A stretch of 64,000 nt of DNA from the NCBI GenBank assembly GCA_040954595.2, contig CM082580.2:1850783-1914782 (forward strand), written 5' to 3'. Of the stretch, positions 38,870 through 52,866 are shown piece by piece (position 1 is the first letter of the stretch; each line of letters starts with the position of its first letter). This DNA comes from Balanoglossus misakiensis. Lineage: Eukaryota; Animalia; Hemichordata. A program made the translations under genes and the position numbers. The notes below the pieces were generated by a model. That model made no database searches. It was not told the DNA's origin and saw nothing but the letters and a program-made list of their open reading frames with translations.

Positions 38870-40330
38870 ATTTTATACAAGGTTTTGACAAGCAAGACTT
38901 CTCTGAGGAGTGTGACATGAGGCTGTCCTCCTGTCCACCCCCATGCCAGAATGATGTAGTCATCACTGTGGGTGATGTAGTACGACAACTCAAGTACCGT
39001 ATATGAAACCTTGGACAGCCCGGCCTGGCCCAGATGGTATAACTGGCAGTGTGCTGAAGGCGTGCGTGGATGGACTAGAGGCCTTGTTTCAGAATTTCTT
39101 TCAGCGCTCTATTGATACAGGCACTACACCCAAAATTTGGAGGACTTCAAAAATTTTCCAAGTTCCTAAAATTACTTTTTCTTCAGAGCTAAAGCAACAT
39201 CCTTCATAATGAAATGTTTGATATTGTCTCATCTACTCCCCTATGTTCAGTCAAAAGTAGATCCTAAAGGTACGGATGACGCAGCTGCTTGTCTCCTTCA
39301 TAAATTGTTAAAACACCTTGATAAAGCCGGGCACTATGCCAGGATTATATTCATCGACTTCAGTTCTTCTTTCAACACCACTTAGCGTCACATTATGATA
39401 GACATATCATTGCAGGTAGGTGCACCATGCACCTGCAATAGTTTATTGGGTTTATAACTTCCTAACTGACAGACCACATTGTGAGAGAGTAGGGGAGGCC
39501 TATCTACTGTGGTCTTCACCAATACCAGTGCCCCCAAGGCTGTATCTTCAGGCTTAGCCCATTTACGTTCATTTTCTATACAAATGATTGCCAGAGTAAT
39601 TGTTCAACTAGTTCATTTCTTTCCAATTCTCTGATAGTGCAGCTGTACTTGTTCTTTTAAATGACACAAACTCGGAAACGGAATATGTAAACTTGGTAAA
39701 GTATTATTCTAATAGCTGTAATTCAAATTTTCTACAGCTTAATGTTTCAAAGACAAAAGAACTTAACGTTAACTTTCGTCGGGTATCAGGACCAAATGTC
39801 CCAATTTGTATTGATGGTGAACCCAATGAACAGGTGGTCTTTTTTAAGTATCTTGGTGATATTCTTAACAATTAACTCTCCTTTAGTCAGCACACAACAG
39901 CTATTCAAAAGAAATGACAGCAAAGATTGCACATGCTCAAGAGGTTGTGTTCCTTTCATGTTAATTCACATCTGCTACTTTTGTTGTACTGGAGTATTGT
40001 TGAACCACTCTGGACTTACTGCAATGTGTGTTATTGCTTTCCATTGTTAAAAGCGACAAGCATCTTTTGGGAGACCCACACCGGTTCTCTCAGAGCTTGT
40101 GCAATCACTGCTGATGTAAACCATCCATTGTATTTCTCCTTTGAAATGTTACCCTCAAGTCATAGACGTTGTTGCCTTAAGTGGTCTAAGTTGAGGTTCA
40201 GCAACAGCTTTGTGCCAATGGCCACCAGGAAAGTTAATCCCTGATATGTATAATGTTTTTGTCCTTTTTGTGGTGACGTGATTTTGTTGTGTTTACTATT
40301 AATTTACTATTGAGCCATAATAAGATTATT
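38870..40330 (+). pseudogene. Decayed, 5'-truncated Rex1/Babar-like LINE reverse transcriptase
   Basis: Frameshifted motifs occur in the expected order: GPDGITGSVLKAC, PKIWRTSKI..VPK, GTDDA, HLDKAGHYARIIFIDFSSSFNT, APQGC, YTNDC, LQLNVSKTKEL, FKYLG, RFSNSFVP. Confidence 0.85.
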
Positions 40331-41342
40331 CTTTTTAGTACAATACAATACAAAAGTTGTTTTTGTTGAAAACATAAGTCAATTCTCATCAAATCATGTA
40401 GATGTAAAGAAGAGACATTGAGCTTATTTTTTCAAGGGTATCACTGAAAATTATGGTATATTTAACAAACACTAGAAAAAGTAGAACTAAACATTTTTGA
40501 TCTTGCAACCTATACTAAGTTGCCAGCCGCCACAGTCCTGCATTGATCATCTCACTGAGTCATAATGTGGTGATGTTCAAAGGCAATAATGGTTCATCAG
40601 ACCTTTAACTTTACAACATTAATTGCTCTGACATTGATTTCAAATGTTGAAGTTTATTTGTAATGGCAACGGTTGAATTAGGATCTTGTTTTTCACTGGG
40701 TTGGTTGATTGACAAACTTAGACATAGAATGCCATGGTGCTATTCTCTGGTACTGTTGATAGAGAAAGAATAGGTGACCTGTTCTGCAAAGTAGCTGACC
40801 AGATGTCTTGATGGCCCGGCGCCTGCTTAGTGAGAACTCAGAATTTTATAATTATACAATTATGATTTAAGTCCGAATTGTATTGTTTGGTCAATTACCT
40901 CTGTATTCCTGATTCTTGATGTTGGTGAAACCATAAACAACCTTGTTTATTTGGATAGATTTTATGGGACCAAGAAGGTGGAAACTTAACATGGTCCTTT
41001 GTGGTAGACGCACATTATACAAATGAGGACTAGAGAGAGGGTCACATTGAAGCACTGTGGGTACAGTTTGATATGACCAAGCTGAGGTGTCATACTTGCA
41101 TCTAAATTTAACATACCCCTTTATGCGAGGGTTACGTCATTATACAAATTTAGACTAATATAGAGGGAGGGTAACACTTATTAAATTTTCTGCTGCTGGG
41201 AGAGATCTTCATTTAACACGACTGATTGACCCCAATTTCTCGTGCCTCCGCCCCTCAGAATAAATCAAAGCTTTGTTACAGCATGGAGGTACTCTCTAGT
41301 ACTTCCACGGTTACAGCAACCAATCCTCCCAACCTTAAATAG

Positions 41343-41685
41343 GTTTTAAGCTACCTAAGTGAGTGATGAAAATCTCATATGGTCAACACAATTTCAAGAT
41401 GGCCGATTTTTGCCATGTTTAAAAAATGGGAGTTCATGAGCCCAAGTGATGATGGGTCATTCTGAAACTTTTTAACATAAAAAATAACAAAATGTGAAAA
41501 AAGTTAAAATGAGTTGCTAACTACAAAAACGGACATGTTTGACCAAAGGAAGTCATGAAATACAGTAAACATATCATTTCTTCTATCTCTTACTACAGTG
41601 GGTTGTCGACTTTTTGCCCAGAATGCAATGTGATTTGACCCCCCTAGCACAAAGTGAAATCCTATTTAAGGCAGCCAGAATTCAT
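41343..41685. repeat. Dispersed copy of a segment of the 3.6-kb tandem unit (about 3704-4045 / 8446-8787)
   Basis: TTTTAAGCTACC(C)TAAGTGAGTGATGAAAATCTCATA ... CCTATTTAA(G/A)GCAGCCAGAATT. Confidence 0.88.
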
Positions 41686-41779
41686 ATTACCCCTCCAGTC
41701 AGTGCAGATATAAGACCACACATTTAAAATATATATATATATATTTTTTAATAATAAGTGTACACATCTGCATTGAACT

Positions 41780-42080
41780 AAATAAATAAAATAAATAAAT
41801 ATATACACTGAGTAAATAAACTAAGTAAATAAATGTATGCTAACTAAACCTATGCTACCTAAACTAATAAACCTAATTAACTAAATACTAAACTTATACT
41901 AACTAACTAACTAACTAATTTACTTACTAACTAACTAACTATATACTAACTAACTAACTAACTAAACTATTCAATAGTTTGGACAAATACATGTGTACAC
42001 TCACTCACTCACTCAGACAGACAGACGGACGGACGGACGGAAGGACGGATGGACGGACGGACAGACAGACAGACAGACAG
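41780..42080. repeat. Compound microsatellite (TAAA, CTAA, CACT, GACG/GACA)
   Basis: Tetranucleotide runs are directly visible. Confidence 0.9.
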
Positions 42081-42520
42081 GTGTATCAAAATGGGTATTA
42101 CTGAGGAGGGGGGGGGCAGTTTGGGCCAAGACTGGTTGGGGCATTTCAGAGGACATTTCAAAATCTAATTTACTTGAGGCACCCCGAGAAAAATTTTAAG
42201 ACATGTTCTCATGTGCCATGGTTAGGGCGGTTCTTTTTTTTATTATCATAAGTGGGTAAACATTTCTTATCAGGGACTTCAAAATCTTGTGTCCACACAT
42301 TTTACTTGAGTTTCAAATAGGTCAGAGATCAACAGGCATTTGCATGATCTGCTACCGATTCATTGTAACTTTTCATTGGAGGTTGCACTTGAAAGACAAA
42401 AATAATGTAGTTGTTTTTTTTTGGTTATGAAACAAAAGTTACATGAAAAACTTGCTTGATTTCCGATCCATACATTGTATTGCAGCAATCGAGTGAACAA
42501 GCTACGCCAGTATTCTAGTC

Positions 42521-42555
<35 letters not shown>

Positions 42556-43824
42556 CGCTTTTCAAACTGTCACTCGTATCTTCTTGAGAAAACTCACAAC
42601 TTGGGTTTTAAACAAAAACAATGTTGTGGAATAAACAACTACAAACACTAAGTAAAGGTCAGAAAAATTGCATCAAAACTAAAAAAAAGTATTCAAACAA
42701 GATAAATGATTACAATCAAAGATAAAATAAAAGATTTCAAACAATTTGCAGATTTGCCATTCAGGCAAATACAGCCAAAGCAAGAGATGTCAAGCAAATC
42801 GAGCAACTCTTACAACAAGGTGGAAAGTACACAAGTCATGCAGACTGAATGTTTAACAGTGACTGATTGAATGTTGATGCCATAGCATATTGGATGGTAT
42901 TGTGAAATGTGTCTGTCTACAGTGTGTTTCAATGTAGCTCCCAGCAGTATTCACTTTGCGTGAATTTCTCCAGGTCTTCAACCAATTTGTCAGTCTTGTG
43001 GATCATTTGTGAGGTGCTATGATTAACCCCTGCAACTGTCAATCCAGCAGAGGCAATGTTATTAACAATGAATTGCACATGCATAACTGACTTAGAGGGC
43101 CCAGAGGGAAAACCAGCTTCATTCAAAAACAAAGAATAGCCGGTGCCTTGGGGGTCTAAACCATGGGATTTGCAACAATAACACTGTTGTCCCCTGATAT
43201 CAATGCATCCGTAGAAGAATTTGAAAAGCTTGGTGATAAAAATGCAGCAAATATGCAACATGCAAATGAGAGTAGTCCCTATAATGACAGGAAGCCTTTT
43301 AATGGTCTCATAAAATAAACTAGCAGAAAAGTCGTAAAAAATTTCCCTGTGATGCATCGTTGGAGATCATACATTTTAAGAAATTTTTTCTATGGATATG
43401 AAAATAGTGGTACTTAAAGAGTGTGACAACCTATGAACAAGGATTAATCCGCACTACTTCAGCCTTGAAACAGAAATGCATTAAATTTTTGATAAAAACT
43501 ATACTACGGTTCTTACAAAATATGTGCTGTCTTTTACCTGGCTACATGTTCCCTTTTGTTGAAAGAAGTTTGACACATCAAAGTCCAGCCAGCTTTTGAA
43601 AGCATGGGAACATTGTGACCCGCAGCAGGTTAGAAAGGGGGACAGATCACATTTTCGGGGGACAATATATCAGGACAGTGTTCTCCCTGGGAAAAATCAT
43701 AGAGTCAGGGCTAATTCCCATAAAATTTACATAATCATAGCTTCTTTTGGACAAATTTTACCACGGCAGTTACTTATCAAGTATGCTGACATTGGCACAT
43801 CGTACTTACTAAGAAAGAATATTT

Positions 43825-43968
43825 TAGCAATAAGCCCCGCCGCAGGCGGGTATACACGAGATTTGGGTACAATTCGAGACATATAGCACGAGCTGTCAGG
43901 CGAGTGCTATATGGAGCGAATTGTACCCAAATCGAGTGTATACCCGACTGAGGCGGGGGTTATTGCTA
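43825..43968 (+). repeat. 144-bp imperfect palindrome with tandem GA/GA mismatches
   Basis: TAGCAATAAGCCCCGCC...TACAC-GA-GATTTGGGTACAATTCG...TAGCAC-GA-GC TGTCAG GC-GA-GTGCTA...CGAATTGTACCCAAATC-GA-GTGTA...GGCGGGGGTTATTGCTA. Confidence 0.88.
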
Positions 43969-45330
43969 TTATATTAACAATTGTTTTCGTGGCATATCAG
44001 TGTCATTTTCTTACCGAAACGGCGTCAGAAAGAGAAATTACGATCATGAAACATGGCGACGATGAATGTAAACACGAGCGGCCGGGATTGAGCATTAAAC
44101 ATGAAGCAGACGACAAAAAGTGACAAGATGGGCATCGCGCGTGGCAAAGTGACAAATATTTCCACAGAGCAGTTCCAAAATAAAATGTCCGTTAATTCAA
44201 CAGTATTTTTGTTTTATTTATTTGGTTTAAACACGCGCGACTGTGGTTTAACCGCACATTTTGGCTGCCGTATGCTAGTTCAGGGGCCTGTTTTAGCACT
44301 GCTAGCAGTGCATTATTGAGTATTTTAGCATCGCTGGATTGAGCTCTCGTCCAATCAGAATTGTGGACGGTAGCATGATATAAAATAATGTCGTTTTTAT
44401 ATCCAGTGTAAAGTAGGCCTAGTGAAATACTATTACTAGTGAAAGTATTTGAAATTGACCTGGGGTTACGAAGTCCGCTCCAATAAAACACCCTGATGTT
44501 CCCACGACTTGCTATGCCCCTCAAAAACTGTGATGTTGTCATATTTTTTACGCGCTAGCAACAACCAGTAGTAAAAGAGACTGATAAATGGATGCTGATA
44601 TGATAGCCTGTTTATTGATGTTTTAAAATGGGGTAGAAATTTTATAGATGTCAGACATTTAGAGGCTAAAAAATGGCAAATATTCAACAGTGTCGAGCAG
44701 TTTTCAAGTGGGAGTTGGACACCTTCCCACTATATGACAATTTACTGGCATACGGACGGGACCTTTGACACAAGCCACTTCTTGTGTCAGCTGCTCGATC
44801 GCGCGAATGGGTGGTTCAATTCAAGACACTGCGTTGTTTATCCTGATGGTGGTTGTTGTTTCTTTTTTGTTTGTTTGTTTGTTTGTTTATTTATTTGATT
44901 GTTTGTTTCCCCGAACAGAACGCCTAATTCACCTGTGTCCTGGATGAAACACTGCCTTGCCCATGCCAAGTTCACAAGTTTTCAGTGCCGGTTGTCTTTT
45001 ACATCCTACTACATGTATCTGTTTTTTTTAGAAATTGGACATATCCTAAGACAAGACATCTCAGATTTTGTGTTAATTATGATTTACTGCCATTGGCGAA
45101 GAAATGTTATCGTGCATTGTTTTGTGTTGTTTTTTTGTTGTTGTTTTTTTTTGGGGGGGGGAGATCAACATTCAGGATCAGATTAATTACTTTGATAATA
45201 TTTTTTTTGCAATCATACCCCACCCTATTCTAAACAAAATCAAATAGTGCAAAGTAATTCAAAGTTTACCTTATCAAGTAGGCATAAATCAGGGCAGGTG
45301 GCAATGAAATTTATCTGCCCTTCGCAATTA

Positions 45331-46870
45331 TTACCGGCCCTGGGCCGCTGTTAATTTTATAAGCCTGTGCAGACGCGCAGAAACTTGGCATGACCTCCAA
45401 CAAAAGTTGCTTCATCATTTGTCATGTTTAGCTGATTTGTTACAATGCGCGCACGCGTTCAGTGCATTGCTTGTGTTACTGGGCTATTGATGCTATTTAT
45501 AGGACGCCTGTCTAAAGATAACTTGTTCACTGAATGAAATGGCAGCGCACTGCTCTTGACAGCGTGCACAGCTGCGTTGCTTCTAGGGTGATTCAAGCCG
45601 TGGAAGGTGTGAAATCACTCAGTTGTGTTCACTAAATTATCAAAAATTGAAAGGGAGTAGTAAGTTCCAGTGAAAGCAAAGGTGGACGCAAAGCAAAGTG
45701 CAGGGGTGACAATCAGTCACATTGTTGCTCACTCAGGAAGAATGCATCACAGTGACCCATGAAGATTATTCCGTTGCGATAATCCAACATTTATTGCGTC
45801 AAATGTCGCAAGGCCGCACGCTAGCTGAAACACTGAAAGAGAGAGCATATTTGGTAGGCAGTCATACAACATTGGCACTTTTGTTTAAGTGTAAAGACAA
45901 TCTGACTTTTGCCAAATATTCAGAGGGTATCAACTTCAAGGACAGAAAACGTGGACATTCCTGCCTGCTATTAAGGTTAGTGGTTAGAGGTTAATGTTAG
46001 AGGTTAGATTGGGGTTAAAGATTAAGGTGCAATTGCAATAGAAGGCTGCAATGTTCAAGTGTAACTGTCCTGAAAGCAGTCATCCGAATATCTGAAGGCC
46101 TACAAGGTCCTAACCAGTAGACTGTGATAATTTGTGATTTCTAGACACAAGCAAGACATTCCTTCACTTGGTAACAGTATAATTTTATCATACAAGTAGC
46201 TTTTGTCTGTCTATCAGAACTATCCGCTTTGCTTTGTAAAATTTCAGATAATCAGTTGGAAAAACAAATTTGTGGCTAAGAATCCTAAATAGGTGCTCTC
46301 TCTGTGTTTAAAACACTATTAATACTATCTAAAATCACAAATTATAGAAATAAATCAATATACAGTGTTTCAGCTTGCATGCGGCCTTGCGACATTTGAT
46401 GCAATAAATATTGGATTGTCACAACAAAATAAATCTTCATGGGTCACTGTGACACATTCTTACTGAGTGAACAACAATATGACAGATTGTCACCTCCCAT
46501 ACTTTTGCTGTGCATCCACCTTTGCTTTCACTGTAACTTGCTACTTCCTTTCAATTCTTGACAATTAGTGAACACAACTGAGTGATTTCACGCCTTCAAC
46601 GGCTTGAATCACCCAAGAAGCAACGCAGCTCTGCACGCTGTCAAGAGCAGTGTGCTGCCATTTCATTCAGTGCACAAGTTATCTTTAGACAGGCGTCCTG
46701 TAAATAGCATCAATAGCCTAGTAACACAAGCAACGCACTGAGCGCGTGCGCGCATTGTTAACAAATCAGCTAAACATGACAAAAGATGAAGCAACTTTTG
46801 TTGGAGGTCATGCCATGTGTCTGCGCGTCTGCACAGGCTTATAAAATTAACAGCAGCCCAGGGCCAGTAA
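45331..46870. repeat. Long inverted repeat: arms about 45331-45716 and 46485-46870 around a spacer of about 770 bp
   Basis: GGCCCTGGGCCGCTGTTAATTTTATAAGCCTGTGCAGACGCGCAGA... is the near reverse complement of ...TCTGCGCGTCTGCACAGGCTTATAAAATTAACAGCAGCCCAGGGCC. Confidence 0.9.
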
Positions 46871-48741
46871 ACTGCAAATGAACATGGTCACCACCATGAA
46901 AAAATGCTAGTTTTCTAGTGTTTTTTTTGCCAGTTTTTTTCTTATAACTAATATCTATGGACGGTTGTGTCTGAAATAAAGATTAATAATAATAATAAAA
47001 CGTTGCATTTCCCACTATATAATTTCATAAACGAAGCATGATCTCATCCACTACAACTGTGGAAGTAAATGTACTCCGCTGGGACATTACATTTTCATTT
47101 TTGATCGCAATATTGCAGGAATTTTCGATTTTCTTTAATTTTTGGCCATTTTGTCCAAAATAAGTGATCTTGATATATACTATTATGAAATATCATTTAA
47201 TAGACATAATTCAAAGGATATATGGGATTATTTAAAACTTAAATTTTTTATCCAGTTGCAGCTCATGTACCTTTAATCTAATCCTGAATGTTGATCTTTC
47301 CCCCCCCCCAAAAAAAAAAAAAATCACAGAAAAACTCGGTCACAGATATCAAAAACAGAGGAATTGCGTAAACATCAGATCAGCTGATTGCAGTCAATCC
47401 ATGTACTGTACATTTCTAGTATCATATTCAAACATCAGGAAATAAATAATGAAGGTTTATTAACGCATGCAAAAATTCATTTAAGGGTTCTGCTGAAATA
47501 TATTTGAAAAAGTTTTGATTTTTGTGAAATCTTGGTGAGGACTCAGGCAATATTTGCATTCATTGGCGTTCTCAGGAAAGTTCACGTATACGAGTGCTCG
47601 AAAGGTTGCATTACATAAACAATCTCGCCCTCGATCGACCCTCCATACCGCGTAGACAACATAACAGTGACAATTGCGGCATCACTTTTTACGTATAACT
47701 TTGTTGACATGACTGCTTGGTACATGGTACACGGTATGTATGGTGAACGAATGTCAATTCCAGTATCATCGAGAGGTTTGCTTTACGTGTGGGACCGAGT
47801 CATGTTGAAAACTGCGCGTGATTCAAGAGCAGATGACATGTAGTGCCGCATTAGGAAGAAAAAAATAAACAAATCGCTAGTCAAGGTCAGATTTAAAATT
47901 AATAAATATCGCAGTACATTGTATTTATTCTGTGAATGTTTGCATTTCTTTTTTAGCCCTTAATATGTTCGCATTGTTTGAAAGCTCCGTTATTCAGTCA
48001 GAAATTGTCCACGTCTGGCTGGTTCTTGAGTGTGTCGCGCGTCCACGTCATAACACGATACATTATCTGTAATAATTTACAGTTATGACGTCACAAAATT
48101 CACTTGATAAAGCTATAATATTAAATATTTTATATCGATGTTGAGGGGCCTTAGTGATGTCCAAAAGAAGCTATGATTATGTAAATTTTATGGAAATTAG
48201 CCCTGAATCTATGATTACTCCCAGGGAGAACCCTGTCCTGATATATTGTCCCCCGAAAATATGATTTGTCCCCCTTTATAACCTGCTGCAGGTCACAATG
48301 TTCCCAAGCTTCACAGTACAATATTTTACCCACAATTCTCCGTGATTTGTATCATTGAACGTTGCCCATTTAATAACTTTTTCTTTTTCACATGCTAACA
48401 ATGATATGAAGTACATAGAAATATATTTATTTTTATCTAGGAAAAGTATGTTAAGCAATTAGAGTGAAAATTTCAGAATCAAAATTAGAAGCCATAGGAA
48501 TCTAGATATTCATGTACTGCAAATGTCACACTTTAGGGGAAACAAGCAATGACTAACTGGGGTGGCCAGTCTCTGTTGAAAGTTAACATGTAAATTTCCT
48601 TTGTTCTGTCAATAGAAAAATCATTTTTTGTTTGATTGAACGGGTATTTCAAGTGTCCCTGTGTTACTTCAAACTTCTTTGTATAGCTGGCTATGCAATT
48701 GCTTGATTATTTTATAAAATTAGTATCTCCTCTCTCAATAA

Positions 48742-49261
48742 GGGTGACGCTTTTTTTTTATTTGTTTCTCATCTCCAGAGGAATAGTCAGGCAGGGCGGG
48801 CGGGCGAAATAAAAAAAAAACGTGTACAAAAAAAAAACCTGTTTCAGTTCCATGTTTTATCCATTACAAACAAATGTGTAGGCCTATTTGTTTCTGATCA
48901 ATGTTCTGGCTGTTCAGTCATTGCAATTTCTTATCTTTCAGTCCAGTGTCTTGTGCTCTCTGTCCTTTTAGTCACTATAATTTCTTGTCTTTCACTTTAA
49001 TGCTCTGTCCTTTCATTATCTACAATTTCTTCCCTTTCCTCCGGCCTCGATGGCTTCAGCCATGGTCCGACACGACCGCCATGATGAATATGACGTCATA
49101 TTTGCAAAATCTCACAATTAGCCGTTGGGGGCGCTGTTGCTAGGATGATCGCCTCAGGCTCAGAGTCGGCGCAAATAAAACAGTTTCTTTTATTTTCATG
49201 TCGGAGCTGAAATTTACGGTCGGTCGGGAGATGAGAAACATAGAAAATAAAAACGTCACCC
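48742..49261. mobile_element. PIF/Harbinger-like MITE
   Basis: TSD TAA at 48739-48741 and 49262-49264. TIRs GGGTGACG...TGTTTCTCATCTCC / GGAGATGAGAAACA...CGTCACCC. Confidence 0.85.
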
Positions 49262-50348
49262 TAATGCATAATTTTAAAAATAATTTGAAATGGTTATTCA
49301 CAGTAAGATTTGCCTTAAAAGTATGATCTCGAACTTGGTATTAGTGATCTACAATTCTCTGTTCACATGTGAACTATGCCTGGTTTGACTGAGGATTATC
49401 TGTTGGTACAAATCAGAATGAATCATGAGATATTTCTAGTACTGTGTGCTTTCAAAAGCTGGCTGAAACACTGATAATATACCAATTTGCTTGTAAATTT
49501 GAGGAATTTTACCTGATGAAATAACAATTTGTATTTTTATCTGTCTAGCTGAATTTTGGTGATTATCATTATGCTCCATATTTGCCTTTGTACTTTTACA
49601 AATATTTTTAATCGAGGTTGAAGATATGTAACACCACTAATATGTAGATTTGAATGTATTTGATAATAAACAGAGGTCGCGATAACATTTTTTTTGAGTG
49701 TGTATTTTTGATGCATTCATAAAAAAATGTGTCAAACTCCTTTTATTTAGCCTGCGTCGTACACATGTCTAATTCAAAATTCATCAAACAAAATTAGCTA
49801 CATTTTGAGTACAAAAGGTCGGGCACGCAAGTGATTATTTTGATCCCAGGGGTAGTGAGCGGTATGCGTATGGTTTACGTTGACCATTGTGCAAATAGAG
49901 AGGCCATTCCTATGTGTCAATATTGATGCACTTATTAAGATTTTCACGTCAAATGAGTATTTTGGCGTCAAAAATACATAATTTTTGCGTAAACGCAACC
50001 TCTGATAAATGCACAATTTTTTTAATAAACAGCGAAAATGGATGCATGGGCTGTTGAATTTCAGTCACCATGACGATGCATGTAGTCTGTGACAAACGTA
50101 ACATTCCATACAAAGCGTATGATTTCATTTTATGAGTGTCTAGCTATTACATTATATTTTCAGCGAATTTACTTGCAACACATTGCAGGATGCTACAATC
50201 TCTAGTGCAAATTTGTTTGCGAAATTATGTTTGGCTTTACATTATATGACAAAAGTGAACATGTGTGCATGACTGCCAGATGCTGTTATTTTTCATTTGT
50301 CAAGTATACCAGGTCTCATTCACTGGCTTTAGAGAGGCTTTATATATA

Positions 50349-51866
50349 CAGACCCGCCAATAAGTATTTCGGCACCTTGACCATGAACGTTTGCTATAAA
50401 AAATTATTCACAAAATCGATCGTCTGTAACTTATTTCCGAAAATAAATAACCTACGGAAGGTTTAACCCATTTTAGTCAACACAGATGTGTTGCCGCGCC
50501 GAATATGACTGCATACGCGGTGTGTTTTTCGGCCAGTGAAATTTCCTATGATTATTGCAATGGTGGTATACTCATTTTCATTAACTTTTCGCGCCATTGT
50601 GTCTGTGGCTAATTTCCCTCTATTCATATTTTAATCTCCACCAATCAGACCTTTTAAATATAATTCTGATTAAATTTTGGGGCGGGAAAATCTGCCAGAT
50701 TTGCTTATGAATATTCTGATCGAGGTCGTCGGAGGTTGCTGCATAATTTTTGTTTGTAAACATTGAATAAGTGAAATCATGCTTAAAGTTCGCAAACTTC
50801 CTGAATTTGTGAAAGGTCAAATTGAGTCACTGCATAGGCAAGGTTTGAGGAACAGGGAAATCGCAAGGAAGTATGGAATCACCGAAGGCAGCGTCAGGTA
50901 TAACATTCGGAAACTTGTTCAAAATGGTAGCATGGACAATTTACATCGATCTGGACGGCGAAGGCGAACAACTGAACGGGAAGACTGAATGTTGATTAGA
51001 TCAAGTCTGACGGACAGATTCAAGACGGCCCGTGACCTCCGCGCTAAATTTCATGAGAACACCGGGAAACTTTTGAGTATGAGCACAATCAAATCCCGAT
51101 TGTATAAAAGAGTCAGACTCTGTGGATGTATGGCCAAGAAAACGCCGAAATTACAACCCCAGTACAATGCAGCGTGACTACGTTTTGCCCCGTGTTACGT
51201 CAACTGGACACCTGTTCAGTGGTCCCAGGTTGTTTGTGATTTTGTGTTCCAACAGGATAATGCCGCCGAACATACTGCCTTGGATGTGAAATCATTTCTG
51301 CAAAATCCCCAGGATTACGGCTATCCGTTCAACAATTTTACAACGTTGGAGTGACCAGCCTAGTCTCCTGATTTGAGCCCCATCGCGAACCTGTGGGAGT
51401 TAATCGACTTGGACGTTCATTCCCGTCCAATACACAGTATCAACGACCTATTTATCCGCATAGTAACATCTTGGGAACAATTCCTGCAAAATATGTGTCG
51501 GAAACTCGTCGATACTATGCTGAAGCACCAGCGAGAGGTCATTAGGCGAAGGGGTGGACATATCCATTATTGACATTTGGTTCGTTCGATTTCACCTCAT
51601 GAATATTCATGATGTTCTTTGCATTGTTGTTCCCATAGAGAATGGAATGTTTCGCTGACTCTGTCGCACATCTATTTTTACGTCGATATTTCTCGCTCAA
51701 ATTTAATCGCAGATGAAAGATTTTTGTTGTATGACTGTTATTTCTCGTGAATTTATGAAATATATTTGAATTTTTGCTAAAAACTGTCTGCAAGGTGTGT
51801 TATTTCATGTTTCTGAAATGTTTTCACTGCAGAACGTGGGTGCGTAAATACTTATTGGTGGGTCTG
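50349..51866 (+). mobile_element. Defective Tc1-family transposon
   Basis: TIRs CAGACCCGCCAATAAGTATTT / AAATACTTATTGGTGGGTCTG, with TA on the left and AT on the right (TSD not intact). It encloses a Tc1 transposase remnant. Confidence 0.9.
50779..51573 (+). pseudogene. Tc1-like transposase pseudogene
   Basis: Paired-like HTH (NREIARKYGITEGSVR, RSGRRRRTTERED), then FVFQQDNA..HT and *PA*SPDLSPIANLW, ending RGGHIHY. It has several stops, an internal deletion removing the first catalytic Asp region, and the catalytic Glu changed to Ala. Confidence 0.9.
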
Positions 51867-52329
51867 ATACATGTACGTGTCTGTACATATTTTTCTTGAT
51901 GTTGTTGTAAACATTTCTTTTGTGTCTGTTTCAAAGTCAGATGAGGTGGGTTATAACGCCTTGATTCATAGGTTGTGTGACTTTTGAAAACCATCACTCA
52001 CATTCATGGAAGAGTTTTATCCTAAAAACAGTATACTTCAGTTGTCCCTAATAATAGCCTTTGTGTAAATTTCCCCTCTCTAAAGTGAGACAGAAGTAAA
52101 GAAATCATCCTTATAATGAAGATGTATGGGATAGCTGGTGAAGTGCTCAATACATTCCCTTCAGTGTGTGTTCCACTAGATGAAACTGTCCAAGATGTGG
52201 AGGCAGTACGGATGAGGTGCGTTCAGTTGGCATCCTTCAGTCTTGAGAGATCAATTGGATCTTCATGCTGGGATGCTGGTCTAGATCTGGAACAGCATCA
52301 GGTGTGACTAGTCAATCCAATGTGAGAAT

Positions 52330-52860
52330 GACTGTCTCTCTGATACTTTAAACAGGTGAAGGCTTAGGAGGAGCTGTTTGCCTGGCTTGATGCCTTCCTT
52401 CTCTGTCTCTTGACTCCGCACGTTTTGGCGAGTGTCTCTTCAAAGTTGGAGAGCCGTTGCCAACCACTTCAAGACTTGTCTTCAGGTCATTCGGTCTGAG
52501 GCTAATTTTTAGACTCCCAAGAGTTTGTGTTGATGTCCAGGGACTTCGTGTCTCTTTTGCAAACATCCCTGTGGTGTAATGTCAGGTCTGTTTGCCATTA
52601 AGTATCAGTTTGCGCCGTACAGGAGGTCTTTTAGGATCCACCCATCATCTATGAGCACATTGCCAAGCCAGTGTATTGTGTCTCTGCTTCAGCAGACTGT
52701 ACCAGGTACATGCTAGAAATTCCAACTCTCTTCAGGACAGTGGTGTTAGTACCTTTGTCTTGATATTTCACATCCAGGATACGTCACAGGCAGAACATGT
52801 GAAAGGGTATTGAGCTTATGTTCCTCATAGGTGCTCCAAGATCCACTGCTGTACTGTACA
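52330..52860 (-). pseudogene. Decayed 3' part of an RTE-like LINE
   Basis: Minus-strand remnants resemble an RTE ORF C-terminus (LYSSGSWSTY, FHMFCL.RIL, KQR..HWLG). The region is heavily frameshifted. Confidence 0.6.
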
Positions 52861-52866
52861 AATTAA

